Assembly (NCBI GenBank): GCA_001662655.1
Contig: KV460215.1
DNA from: Pseudogymnoascus verrucosus
Taxonomy: Eukaryota
DNA length: 64,000 nt
Reading direction: 5' to 3' (one strand)
Numbering within the stretch: the first letter of the stretch is position 1; every line of letters begins with the position of its first letter. This document shows positions 37,187 through 50,080 of this stretch, piece after piece. A program made the position numbers and the translations under genes. Below the pieces are notes generated by a model that was not told the DNA's origin, did no database searches, and saw nothing but the letters and a program-made list of their open reading frames with translations.

Positions 37187-39038
37187 GCTAATAGAGTAGA
37201 TGGGTGTTTTTGGGTAAATGGTTGATTTGATCAGTGTGTTGGTTGGGGGGGGGGGTTGGATTATATATGGTGTTCTAGGCGTGTGGATTATATGGGATGA
37301 ACAGATGAATATGACATACCTGTGGTTGTCCAACACGCATGCCCTGTACAGCATGGATTCTCAACTGCCTGTGCTTAACCAACCTTGCAACGAACCTTGA
37401 TACCTGCCACGATGAAGGAAGTCTAGCCAGCAACGCGCATATCGCGAGATGCACATATTAGCCGCCGAAGTATCACAGCCCAAACTCCAGCTTACGTGCG
37501 TATGCACCGCCGTCCCGTCCCATACTACACCTCCAATCCCGTGACGCCACGGCTTCAAAGATCAGCTCAGCCCATCCACAACGCCCACTCTATTTCCATC
37601 TGTAACGCGCCAAGTTCACCCACGTCTACCGCCTTACCAAACAACTAGGGCCAAGCGCTCTTTACCGCCGCATTTTCTGCACAGACAGACGTTGTTTGTT
37701 GGCGGTCGGTTAGTCATAGACGGGCCATTCGTGGAGTGTTTCTTGTTTGGTTGCTTCGCGCTTGGTGGGAGAGAGAAACGCGTTGATGCGAGGTTGACAA
37801 CGCGGGTTGGGCTATTTCGAGTGATCGCCCCACACCCCTGTGGAGTACGTCAGCCCAGCCACGACCGGGAAGACGGGCGCTTACCACTACCAACGTCGCT
37901 GCCCCTACGTAAATTGTTGGCCCCTGATCCAGCTACCCCTGGATAAAATAGGTGGAGTGGACGGCAAGAGGATGAGATCCTACAGGCTACAAGTCAGAAT
38001 CTCACGACGCGACAGGGCAGTAATAGACTACAAGATGCTAAAGTAGGAGTAGATCTTAGTGATCTTAGTGTACTAGCCTACTTTATTTCCCGGACCTTGC
38101 CAGTCACAGCCGGAATCGCGCGCCTTCCATCCCATCCCTTGTATATCTTATCCGCATATGATAAAACATAGCCGGGGAAGGTGCTCCAATGCTGGGGGGG
38201 ATCAGCATATTTTGTCAGCCAAGTCTTTTTCATTTCGTTTGTATACTGTGATGTGCAATTTGTTTGTTACATCTTCTCTCAACACTGCACTGCCTCCTTC
38301 TTCTCCGCATGCGGATGCATCTTCCCTTCCCGTGGGTGGTGGCACAGCGCGGTGTGGGATGAATGGCAGTGGATCAGGGGCATTCCTTCCTTTCCCCCCA
38401 GCCGTCCTTGCATCGGCATTCCGTGCATCATTCCTTCCATTTATACTTAGAAATACACCTAATATTGGAGACCTTGCAGTGAGAACACACGCTGACTGAC
38501 TGGTGTATTCATGCTGTAACACCTGTATAAGTAGTTGGCCCCACGTATCTTTGTCTTGCCTTGTCTCTCCCCGTCGCCTACCCGCATCCACATCCACATC
38601 CACGTCCAACATCACATCCCACATAACTCCCTCTGTATTTCTTCAACCTCACTCTGCTTTCATTCACACCACCACTTCCCACATTCCTGCCCGCCCCGAG
38701 ATTGGATACCTGTAATATCAATCTATTACCCCGTCGGCCAGTTCATCTACCAGGTACGTTAGTTTGCCCGACTCTGACGCTGTGAGACAGCTGTATCACG
38801 CAATCTCGTTCGTTTACACTGCACAACTTCACCTCGAAATTACTTGTCTACGAGGATTCCTCCCTTGCTTCCTCAGCTACATTTCACTTCCCTCTTCTGG
38901 CTCTCACAGCCACTTTCCCTCCTCCTTAAAGAGCTCAGAACTTCCTCGTTCCTTGACATTTCAAACACACACGGACTTACACACCTTCCTCTAGAACAGC
39001 CTCTATCACTCACCAACACAACCTCACCAACCGCCACC

Positions 39039-39900
39039 ATGCGTTCCACACTCATGCTCGCTGTCGCATCCGCCCTTGTGGCCACCACCGTAAGACACCT
39101 CAACCCGTACCCTCCCCAATTGACCCCCAGCTAACCACCCCCCAGGTTGCCTCCGACGCCCCCAAGGTAACCGGCAACCCAACCGACGTGACCTACAAAG
39201 CCCAGATCGCCGATGACAACAAGAACGGCGTCTCAGGCTTCGTCGAGATCGCTGCTGGCCCCCAGGGCAACGGCGCAGACATCAAGTACCAATTCAACCT
39301 CCCAGCGGAGGGCGGACCTTTCAGTACGTCTCTTCACTTAATCCCCCTTTCCCCGCCCCCCTTTCCACCCCCAGACCAACTAACACGCTCCCAGCCTTCC
39401 ACATCCACGAAAACCCCGTCAACGCAACCGGCCTCTGCGCCTCCACCGGCGCGCACCTCGACCCCTACAACGCGGGCGAGAAGCCCGCCTGCGACACCAC
39501 CAACCTCGCCGCCTGCCAAGTCGGCGACCTCTCCGGCAAGATCGGGGACAAGCTGCCCAGCGGCGGCAACACGGGAGAACTCGATGACGCCTTCACCAGT
39601 CTCGTTGTCGGCGCCCCGGCGTTTATTGGGAATAGAAGTATTGTTGTGCATGCTTCTGATAAGACGAGGATTGCGTGCGCGAACTTTGAGTTGGTGAACT
39701 CGAACGGCGGAGGCGCTGGATCTGGGGGTGGGAGTGCGAGCCCTACTGGTGGTGCTGGGGGTGGTGGGTCGGCTACGAATGGAACTGCTACGCGCCCGAG
39801 TGTTACGCCGACGGCTACGCATACTGGTGCTGCTGCCGTGGTGTCGGGTAGTGTCTTGGGATTCTTGGGGGTTTTGGCTGTGGGGGCTGCGCTTTTGTAA
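39039..39900 (+). CDS. Secreted, probably GPI-anchored Cu-only superoxide dismutase (SOD5-like); introns 39090-39145, 39324-39394
   Basis: Signal peptide, GGPFTFHIHE, CASTGAHLDP, CQVGDLSGK, NRSIVVH and TRIACANF, followed by an S/T/G-rich linker and hydrophobic C-terminal GPI signal. Confidence 0.9.
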
Positions 39901-40737
39901 GGGGGTGATTGACGGTAATTGGCTGACTGGCTTTGTATCATTTTATAGAGGCAGGAAGGGGTGAAGGGGGGTTTATTCTTGTGTGTGATTGATTTGGGGG
40001 TGGGTTTATATCTGCGGATTGTGGGTTGGGGGGCGGACTTAATAAGTGTAAGGGGGCGTATGAAAAAGGGTTGATAGATGGGGGTGAGGATTGCTGATGT
40101 GATTATTGGGAGAGTAGGAATTACTTCTGATATGATTTGAGAGTTATTGGGGGATGTGAGGGAGCTTGTGTATGTTATGTGACATGCAGGAGTGTGTGAG
40201 GAGTAAGAAGTTGGGCAGTGGTATTTATGAAATGCAGTAGAGATATGATGATGAATACACCGCAGCCGCAGGAAGCCCCTCGCGAGAGAAGTGATGTGCT
40301 AAGTAAGGAAAAAGAAAGGGCTGCGCCACGTCACTGCTTGGTGGTGTCTGATGGTTTGTTTGTAAAGGACAGGACAGAAAATGGACGTTGAAATAGCTTT
40401 TTTTTGGCTCCTGGTATATCATAGATATCTATGCCCCCGACATATCTGCAATGCGCCCGTCTCGCAGATTGCACCCCCCCATCGCAGAGCGACTAGCCAA
40501 CAACGTCGGTGCTCCATCGGTGTAGAAACGCATCAATGTGCACCTACGCATGGCAATGCATCGTCGTCACCGTCTTCCCGTATGATTTTTGTTCGTAGTC
40601 GTAGAGGGTCTGTAGATGGCAGGTCCCGACGATCTTCTACCCCACTCCCCCTTTACTCATTCTTCCAGTCTCATGTATCCTCCTCTCCTCTCCTCACCTC
40701 ACTTCCACATAGTACCGCCCAACAGCAGGTCTCGAAA

Positions 40738-41291
40738 TCAGTCGGCGGAGATGTACATCACTAAACCCCGTCAGCTGAGTCCTTACACGCACACACACAC
40801 TGGCCCCTCTGCACTCCCATATCCCACGTGCATCACACACACCCTCTCTCAGAGAGCATAGAAACGCAAGAGCCGCGAACTAAGAAGCGAACTCACCATT
40901 GTTCCCGCGGATAAACGCGTCGCCGTAGCTGCGCCGCCTCGCGCCATCAACGTGCTCGGTGCAGTTCTCGAGGGCGATGTTCATGTATCCGTCGACGGAC
41001 TGGAGGGAGCCTTTGGGGGGGGTGTCAGTTTCATGGTAGGTAGAATAGAGGGGGAACGGTGAGGGTGGTGTGGGTAGGGTCGCGATAGGAGGATGGGGGG
41101 TGGGCTATGGGCTCGGGAACCCGGATGGTGGGAGATGAGAGGGAAGATGGGGATTGATATAACGCAGTACACGCACCTTTATACACGACTCCAGAGTTCA
41201 ACTTGACAGTAACAGCGCTGTTGATGATCTCGCCCAAGAACCCGCTTGGGTCCTTTCCCTCCCCCTGCTGTGGTGCGCCTCCATTCTCCAT
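40738..41291 (-). CDS. LSM6: U6 snRNA-associated Sm-like protein Lsm6; exons 41291-41177, 41010-40897, 40760-40738
   Basis: KDPSGFLGEII..VTVKLNSGVVYKGSLQSVDGYMNIALE...YGDAFIRGNNVMYISAD*, with canonical introns. Confidence 0.93.
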
Positions 41292-41711
41292 CTCTGCTCG
41301 TTCTATCGTCTGCGTTCGTGTTATTGGTATGAGCTTCGTTGATATCGTCGTTCAATTGCTAGCAGGAGTCGGTGAGTTGCTGCTATGTTGGCGGTACAGA
41401 AGAAAGATCGAACGTCGTCGTCGCATCACTCCGACACTCCTCTGGCGGGGCGAGCTTTCTTAGCGTCGGCTGTTGGCGCAACGCACTGACCGATGCGATC
41501 TGCGGCAAGGCTGGCCGCCAACGCCAACCAACAGGCAGGTACCTCTCCACGATATTCCACCAGCGCCCAGGAGCAACGAGCAGGAGGGACGCACAGAGCC
41601 GCGGGAATTTATTATACGGACGTACTGCGCGGGTATTTGCATTGCTTTAGGGAATATACTGCGCTTCTATAGTACTAACGGACATACCAAACCAAGGCCC
41701 ACGCAGCCACA

Positions 41712-43192
41712 ATGTCGACACCCGACCCCGCCTCCTCCCCCCTCGCATCCCCCACCAGCCCCGCGCCAGCACCCGCACCAGCGGCGCGGAAATCGCTGTT
41801 CAAGAACCGAAACAGGGGGGGTGCAGCGGCGGCGACGACGACGGATGCGATTGGCTTTTTCTCGCGGGCGAAGGATGTTTTTGCGGAGAATGTGGAGGTG
41901 GAGCGGAGGGAGCGGGAGAGGGAGAAAGAAAGGGAAAGGGAGAAGGAATTACAGCGGCAGATGGAAGAGGAGCGGGTGAGGGAACTGGAAAGGGCGAGGA
42001 GGGAGAAGAGGGTGAGGGGGGTTGGGAAGGTGGAGAGTGAGGGGGAGGAGGGGGATAGTGAGAATGAGAGGAGGAGGAAGAGGAGCCGGAGGTATGTGGA
42101 TTCCTACATTGTTCGTCCAAGGCCCGATCTAATAATAACAGTGAGGACAGAAGCAATACACCAGCCGGAGAATCCGGGTACGGCGATGAAGAAGAATCAA
42201 GATCGATAGAGAGAGAGGGCAGCACACACTCCACCTACGGCAACTCCGTCGCATCACCAGGCCCAAGTCAACGAACCACACGAAGCCAAGCACACATAAT
42301 CTCCCTCAGCTCCGACGACGAAGACGACAAACCTGCCCCCTCCCCCCGCCCTGCCTACCACTCCGCCTTCTCCTCCCCGCCACCCAAACCTCACTCTACA
42401 AACCACGCACCAATCGCCATCCCCTCCTCCCCCCCCGCCAACCCCCCCTCCGACGACGACGAACTCTACGCCGACCTCATCGCCGCCGCGCGGCGCCAAC
42501 CAGCCACCACAGCTACCGCCCCCTCCAACGCCCCCGACCCAACCCTCACGATCCTCATCACTTCCCCCCTCCCGAACACCACCCCGCTCCTGATCCGGCG
42601 CCGTCTCTCCCAGCGTCTAAAAGACGTGCGTCTAGCGTGGTGCATGAGGCAGCCTCCGCACGCCGGCGCGGCTGGAGCGAGTATTTTCCTTACGTACCGC
42701 GGGTTGAGGGTGTGGGATACGAGTACGTGCGGGAGTATGGGGGTGAAGATTAGTCGTGCGGGTGGAGTGCTAGATGATGGCGGAGGAGCGGAGGGAGGAG
42801 ATGTGCATCTTGAGGCTTGGACGAGAGAAGCGTTTGAGGCGTATAAGGCTGCTGAAGAGACCAAGGCGCGGAATGCGCATCTTGGTCTCGAGAATGAGGA
42901 TCATGCTGTCAGTGGAGGCCCAGCGGCTGAGGCGGCGCCATCGCAGCCGCAGCCACAGGAGGAGAAGTTGCGGATTATCCTGCGGGCGAAGGATATGCCG
43001 GAGGTGAAGTTGAGGGTCAAGGCTACGACGAAGATAGCGGATCTCGTGGCTGCGTTTCGGGCGCAGAGGGAGGCGGAGGTGGGGGTGAGGAGCGTGGAGT
43101 TGTGGTTTGATGGGGATAGGATGGAGGAGGATGATTGTGTGGGGGATGCGGATTTGGAGGATTTGAGTGGGGTGGATGTTGTAGTTAGGTAG
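41712..43192 (+). CDS. Rad60/Esc2-like protein with C-terminal SUMO-like domains; intron 42092-~42150
   Basis: Charged disordered N-terminus, SIM-like IISLSSDDEDD, first SLD (ILITSPLPNTTPLLIRRRLSQRLKDVRLAW) and second SLD (LRIILRAK..LWFDGDRM..VGDADLED..VDV). Confidence 0.8.
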
Positions 43193-43796
43193 TGGGTGGG
43201 GAAGGGGGAGTTGAGTTGGGTTTGGGTGCTGGGCGTTTGATACCAAGATGATGACTAGGAAGGAAAGAGCGGCCATGGAAGGAACGCTGAGTAATGGGAA
43301 AGCAAAAATTTAACAAGGGAAAGAACGATCATCTAGTTTTGTTTACCTCCCTACGTTCCTTCCTAGGATGGGAAACAGATATATGTATTATGGTAACTCA
43401 ACCCTAGCCAGAGAAAGGCCACCAATATTGATTGTGTGAACCTAATCTCACAACTACCTCACTCAGTCCACCACATCTTAACGCAACAAGAACAGTTTTT
43501 ATAAAGTACATCAGCATCCATTATTAAGGTACTATAAGGTAATTTACCCTCTGGCCTTCCATCAGCTTATCCATTTGTATGTCATCCCCATCCGCAACAT
43601 ATGCCCATCTCACTAAAGAGTCCACTTCTACCCATATAAAACACAAAACAAAAAAGATCCCCTCAAAGAGATCATAGTTTTCCAGCGCACATCCCACCAC
43701 CTCCCACCAAAGTATAAAAAACAAGAAGAACGCCCACGCAATGCTCCCCTACCATTCATTCTCTCTGCAAACACCTACATACTCAACAGCTCAGAT

Positions 43797-46700
43797 TTAA
43801 CTAGTAAATCTAGCCATCTCCCCCACCTCCTCAACAAGAACCCCCTTCTTCTCCCTCTTCATCCGCCAAATACTCTTCTTCTTCTCCTTTTGCCTCTTCA
43901 TCTCCTCCCACGCGTCTTCCTCGTCCTCATCTCCACCATCCACGGGGCGCACCGTGACATTTGGCCCCTTGCCACCCACAGCAAGGACGCTCATCCGCGG
44001 GACGCCGTTCGCGTTCTCCACTGGCATGTGGCTGACGGGTCTGTATCGATCCGGCATACCGACGTTACTCCTCTCGCTCGGCGCAATAGAGGCTGCGTAC
44101 GGAGCACCCCTCGGGTCGAGCATAGTCATCGGGCGTTGCGTACCGGCGACGCTGCGTGGTCCAGCTGGGAACGCACCACCGAATCCAAGGCTACTACCCA
44201 TCGTGCTCGTGCGGCCCATACCACCAAGCTGCGGCGCACCTTGTGCCGGCATACCCTGTGGGGGCATCATCATACCCTGCGGCATCATGCCCGGCACCAT
44301 CTGGACCCCCGGAGGTGCCTGCATAGGCGGCGCGGCCCCAGCCATCATCTGGAAGAACTGGAATTGCATCTCCATGCTCTGCTGCAGCTGAGCCTGCATA
44401 GCCGCGATCTGCGCCTGCATCGCGACGGGGTCTTGCGACATCGCACCTGGGGTGCGCGCGCCGCCCGAGTAGCCTAGTCCCATACCAGCTGGCATGGCTG
44501 GGTATTCGCCAGCAGGATTAGGGCTTCCGCGTCTCATGGCGCGCGAGCGCTCTTCTGAGGCGATAACGCCTACCAGTCCACCCGGCTGCGCGCGCGGGCC
44601 GCCGCCAGTACCACCGTACTGCGAGCCGCTGCCTAGGGCGAGGGACTCGCGGTTGGTCGAGTTAACGAGGCCAGCGCCGAAGTACGGGTCTTGCGGGAGG
44701 CGACGGGCGAAAGCAGGGAGGGCGCTGCCGCGCTCACCACCGCCGCCAGTGACGGAGCGGGGAGGTGGGGGGTACGCGCCGCTCATCTGGCTGGCGGCGC
44801 GGAGGTTGGGGTTTGAGGCCATGCCGCCGAGTTGGCCTGGGGCGCGGCTGCGGTTGGGGAAGCCGTGGGCGGCGAGGATGGCGAGGGGGATATCTTCGTC
44901 CTCCTCTTCGTCGGCGGCGGGGTTGTCGGCGTAGAGCTGGAGGTTAGGTGTGCTTTGGGAGGTGACGGCGGAGGGGCGGGCGCCGGGGTTGGCTGTCTCG
45001 CCGGTAATTTTCATCATTTGTTGGCGGTAAACGGTCATGTGTGCCTCTTGCTTGCGGCGCTGCTTGGCCTGCTCCTTGCGGCGCTCCTCTTCATCGTCAC
45101 CCTCGTCCTCGTATGTGTCGTCTGCGGCATCGTCGTCATCGTCGGCTTTGGCGTCAGGGAACTTTCCCTGGCTGTACCGCTTCTGGCGCTCCTGCTCTTG
45201 GCGGTAGCGCTCGAACTGTGCCGTCGTCATAACCTTGTTCTTTGGCGCAGAGGACTGGGGTGTGCTCGGCTTCTCGCCCCATTGAAGGGCGAGGTTGGCG
45301 GAGGCGGCAGTCTGTTGGTCGAAGAGGCCATCTTCTTGGGGCTCCATGGCCGGGTAGCGAGCACGGGGGGTGGTGTTATTCGAGCTCGCTGCTGTGGGTT
45401 TTGGGGTGTTGGCAACGTTATACGCAGCTACTGCGGATGGGTTGATCCAGCTATCCCTCGCCCTGGGTGTTTCATCCACATTAAGCTGCCTCATCGCATT
45501 AATGGACTCCCTCATTAACTTTGCGTCCTCATCCTCTCCATCCCCAATGGCCATCAGCGATTGCCGCCTCACAGCACTGCTCCTCCTTAATCCTACACCT
45601 GGTCTGCTTGTGTTATTACTGCCATTCGTGTCATGCTCCGGTACAGGCGGCGGTGTCGCTGATGGTGATGGCCCGGGGCTCGTGCTAAACATGAGCCTCT
45701 GCTTCTCTGCCGACTTTTGTTGTCCCCATGGATATGATGATGTATCCCCTGTCAGGGACCGCTCGTTGCTCACATTCCCGAGCGGTTTCCTCGAAACACC
45801 AGATTGTCTCGCTGTCGATGTAGATCCCTCCTGTGTCATCGTTAGCCATGCTCCAATTGTCCAGTGTGTGAATGTAAACTTACCGCCGGGCTCACCGACT
45901 GCGTCCGCCTATTCTCAGCATCCAGCACCGCGCTCTTGCGGTTCCCAGTTCCCATAAACATGGCTGCGAAGTCACCACCGAGACTAAGCCTATTATCCAG
46001 CTTCAGTGAAGCGTTCGCGCTCGAGTAATCACTCCTCGCGCTGTCGGTCAAAGTGCTTGAGCGGGTTGTATCATCCTTTGCCGGCGTGGGCGGTTTCGAG
46101 AGGTCCTCCTGGGTGGTGCTTGACGGTGTCGAGCCCGAGGACTTCCGTCCGAAGGAAAAGGCTTTGCCCGTCGATATCAGGGAGAACTTTGATGTGCCCT
46201 TCGGTACGGCGGGGAGGGGCGCGTTGTTGTTCTTCCCGTTGGCGGTGGTGTCTTTCGGGTCGGAAGACGCGGATGAGACAGCACTACGCCTCGAGGAATT
46301 GTCAGCCGTTGAAACGGTGTTTGAATTAGAGGTCCCGCTGCCGCTTCACAGTTGTCAGCCGCTGACTGGCAGGAGGCGTTTGTGGGTAGGTTGAGGATTG
46401 GAAAGGGGAGAATGGAAATAAAGATGATGGGTGGCTGTGCCGCAGGATTTATTTACACCCCTGGAAAATGGATGAGGCTACCCCCGTAGCCAATGCCAAG
46501 GTGGGCCTGTCCCCGTATACCCAAAAATAAAAATAAAAATAGCAAAACACATATAGGAGCCGTGGGGACTTGAACATACCGGTTGCTGAACCCTGAGAAT
46601 AAATTATCATCCCTCTCTGGATCGGTGCTGGGCCTGCCACTGACGTTGCCGCTGCCACCGTTTAGCCTCGGCTTGCCGCCATCGAAGTTAGCGGTGTTGG

Positions 46701-46812
46701 CACGGTCAAAGACCCTGAAGGTCTGCTGGTTCGGCGGGACGTCGGCGAGAGGCTCATCGAGGACATTGGCGGCCGACTTGCGCCGAGCGAAGGCCTTGGG
46801 GAGCTTCGGCAT
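43797..46812 (-). CDS. Large low-complexity hypothetical protein (about 900 aa); exons 46812-46580, 46343-45884, 45830-43797
   Basis: Canonical introns join three ORF pieces in frame. Structured-looking blocks include NKVMTTAQFERYR, QRRKQEAHMTVYRQQMMKITG, EDEDIPLAILAAHGFP and SIAPSERSNVGMPDRYRPV. Confidence 0.85.
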
Positions 46813-49800
46813 GGGGGTGGTGGGTGGTCGTGGTGGGAAGGGCAGCTAAGCTGCGCTGGGCATGAAGCGAGGTTGGCTGTACGGGAGATATGAGTATGTT
46901 TATGTGCTGGGTATGCAGTGTAGAGAAGGAATATGTAAATCTGAGTGTCGCAGTAGATCGGGACGGCGGAGATGTCGTGTTTTTGTGCGACGATTCTTTG
47001 ATGTGCTGTGCTGTGCTTGTGTGAAGCGCAGTATATCCAAAACCTACACCCGAAGAGATCGGAAGCGTGTGAAGGTTGAAGGTCGTATAGGATGGATATG
47101 AGGGCCCGCTAGAAAAGACTGCTAGACGCTGAGACGTGTATAAAGTTCGTAAATGATCGTGTAGAAGGTCGAGAGAGATTCGTGTTGTGTAGAGACAGTT
47201 GGATTAGGTGGCAGGAGAGTTCTGTTTTGTTGCCTTTTCTTTTCGGAGATGGAAGGGGAAAGAGATTGGTCGTATGCAGGAAGACTTGTAATATGGACAA
47301 GGAAGAAAGCAGAGTAGCAAGGTAACGAGAGTATTAGGTCGTAAAGAAGCAGGAGTTTAACGAAAGAGAGCAAGCAGTACAGGCAAGCAGATTATCGCTG
47401 GGGCTGGGAGAAGAGTGGAGGTGGAGGTGAAGTTTCCGGTAGTGTTGCTGTCGGTGGTCGGCGGTGATGGGGGTTTTTTTTTGGGAGGTGGAGTGAGTGA
47501 GGTGGAGGAGGAGGTTGGTTGAAGGTTTTTGGTTGCTTGGGGGTCAGTCAGAGAGAGTAAGAGCGTGCCTGTCGTCGTGGGTTGGGATTATTGATTATTT
47601 TGCATGAGGTATGGTCAAAAGTACAGTCTGGGCATGTATAGTACATGGAATATAGTATAAATTAGTGGTTGACAGGAAGTCACAATTGTGATGGGGAAGG
47701 ATAGTCGCGCATCCCTACCAAACAGTCCAACACTATAGGTAAGATAGGTAAGTAAGTACTATACAAATGCAATACAGTACAGTTACAGTAACAGACAGTA
47801 CACTATTTCACTTCCTCTACCGCCGCCTGACTCTACTCTACTGTTCCTGGTGTGCCAAGTAAAGGGGAAAAGACGGACGGGGAAGGGAATAAGGAACGGG
47901 GAGGCGAAAAAGAGAACGGTTATGGACAAAAATATACAAATCCAGACATCATACATACATACGGCTGCAGTTTTCCCCTTATTCCCTGATTCCACTGCTG
48001 TCTAAGACGAGATCTGAGATGTTTACAGTGAGCAAGTCCCCTGAAATACCAGCAAATGAACCAGCCTCGCAAATAATCAGGGGCCTGATCGCCATATCTT
48101 CGCCGTCACCATCTCAGACCCGTCTGAGACCGTAACTGAGACCGTTGCTGTTGCTGGGCTCATTTGCTAAAGCCGGCCGTCTTTAGTCACCTAAACCGTC
48201 AGCAGTTAGCTGTCACTGCCGCCGGGGAGCTGGAGAGCTGGTAGAGAGCTGTCAACCAGACTTGAGGAATGTTGGGTGTCTGAGCTGACCACGACTCATG
48301 GGTGGTAATATGTATATATATACACTCATATATATATACTCATACCACGCCGCAGTCATACCACAATCATACCACAGTCATGCGCACACTCATACATAGC
48401 ATACCTTCCCTCGTACACTCAACTCGTACAGCTCACTCATACTGTACGATGCCCTGTAGCGTGCACGAACAGTATCGTGTACAGAACTGTACAGTACATT
48501 CGCGCACACCATCCACCCAAACACCACCACAAAGCCCACGGCCATAACCTCCATAACCTCCATAGTAATAACCCAGTCATCCCCTCCATCCCCTGAAAAG
48601 CTGAACAATCCCCCACCCCTCCCAGCACCCCGTCATAGCGCCTCCCTCCCCCCCATAGCGTCCCAATAGCCCCAAACTCTCACGCCACTCTTCCCCCACC
48701 CCCCCTAGCGCGCCACTCTTTCATCCCTCGCCGATTACAATAGCGCCGCCCCCCCAGCGCCCGGACGAACCACACCCAGCCACACCAGCGCCCACGTTCT
48801 CGTCTCCCACAGCGCCGCTCGGTGGTTCCTGGGGCTAGCCGACCCCTGACGTACTTGTATCGGTCGCGTAGGGTACGGAGATAGCAGCGACGGCGTACGT
48901 ATAGCGTAGCGTCTGTTTGAACTGGAAGTCCGGCGCGGATAAGTCGATCGGTAGGCGCTAAGCCAGTGCGGAGCTTGTCGCGAGGAGCTAGGGGGGACGT
49001 GGGTTGTTTGGTAACGGGGGCTTCTCCGGCGGTGCTTGCTGTGCTGTACCCTTCTGTCGCGACCTGGGCCATCAGTCCGTCTCGTCTGCGACGTCCATCT
49101 CCCCAGCGCCGCCCCCTTCACATGCCACCGATCGCCGACGCTTGTACATCATTCTCCATCATTTTCCATTGTACATCCGTGGATACCATCCAACGTCAGC
49201 GCCCATCCCCCCCCCATCCATCGCAATCTCCACCTAAGACAAGACATATTTTCCCATTTTCCCTCCCTACCAGTGCCGCGTGCGTGTCTGCATGCAGGTT
49301 CTGTTCCCGCGCGGAGCTGTTTTGCCTGTTCTGTTCTGTTCTGCTCTACTCTGTTCGGTTAGGGTAGTAGTAGGTGTTGTTGGTGCTGTGCCGCATCCGG
49401 CGAGTCCGGCGCGGGCGGAGAATTTGGGAGGAGCGGGGCGAGGCGGGGCGGGTGTCTAGATGGGGAGGGAGGGGGATCTAGAATGGACTGGCTAGCTGTA
49501 GGGGGAAGAGGGATTGGAGGAGGATGGATTAAGAAATGAAAGAATGATGAGTTTTTTTTCTTGGGGGGACGTGCGGTATGTGCGTAGATTTGAGAGCGGG
49601 ATGAAATGTGATGCGGCGATATGATGGGGTTTGTGGTGATGGGTGAATTTGGAGGGGATGGGAATTGGGTACGTACCGGCTTTGGTGGACGGTGCGAGGT
49701 TAGGGTATATGTAAGCTTTATGCCCCCTTTTCGGTTCATCCACCCCCTCTATTGTAGAGTTGGATGCTAGTTACTCGGAAATACACTGTGGGTATGGTAT

Positions 49801-50080
49801 ATAAATATCGAGTTCCATATGATTATATGGTAATTTATGTACTACATATATATTTCTGCCCGTGAAATCCGCAGGGCGAGACGTCCCCTGAGATGGGAGA
49901 AATAGGAGAAACAATAAAGAGTACAGAAAGATGAAGCCTCCTATCTCCTTCAGTCCATCAACTGCTCGAGTAAAATCCCCAAGCAATCATGCTCCCAATA
50001 CTCGCTCCATGTCTGCTCCATCAATTTTCCCAAGGAATGTTCCATCCTCAATCCCACCTCCCCCTCCTCATAACAACCCC

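Noticed and set aside
48113..48146. Small hairpin TCTCAGACCCGTCTGAGA with repeated TGAGACCGT
   Set aside because: Too short to distinguish from chance, with no associated element.
48680..49367. Several overlapping ~130-aa ORFs
   Set aside because: No codon bias or motifs; expected by chance in GC-rich intergenic DNA.
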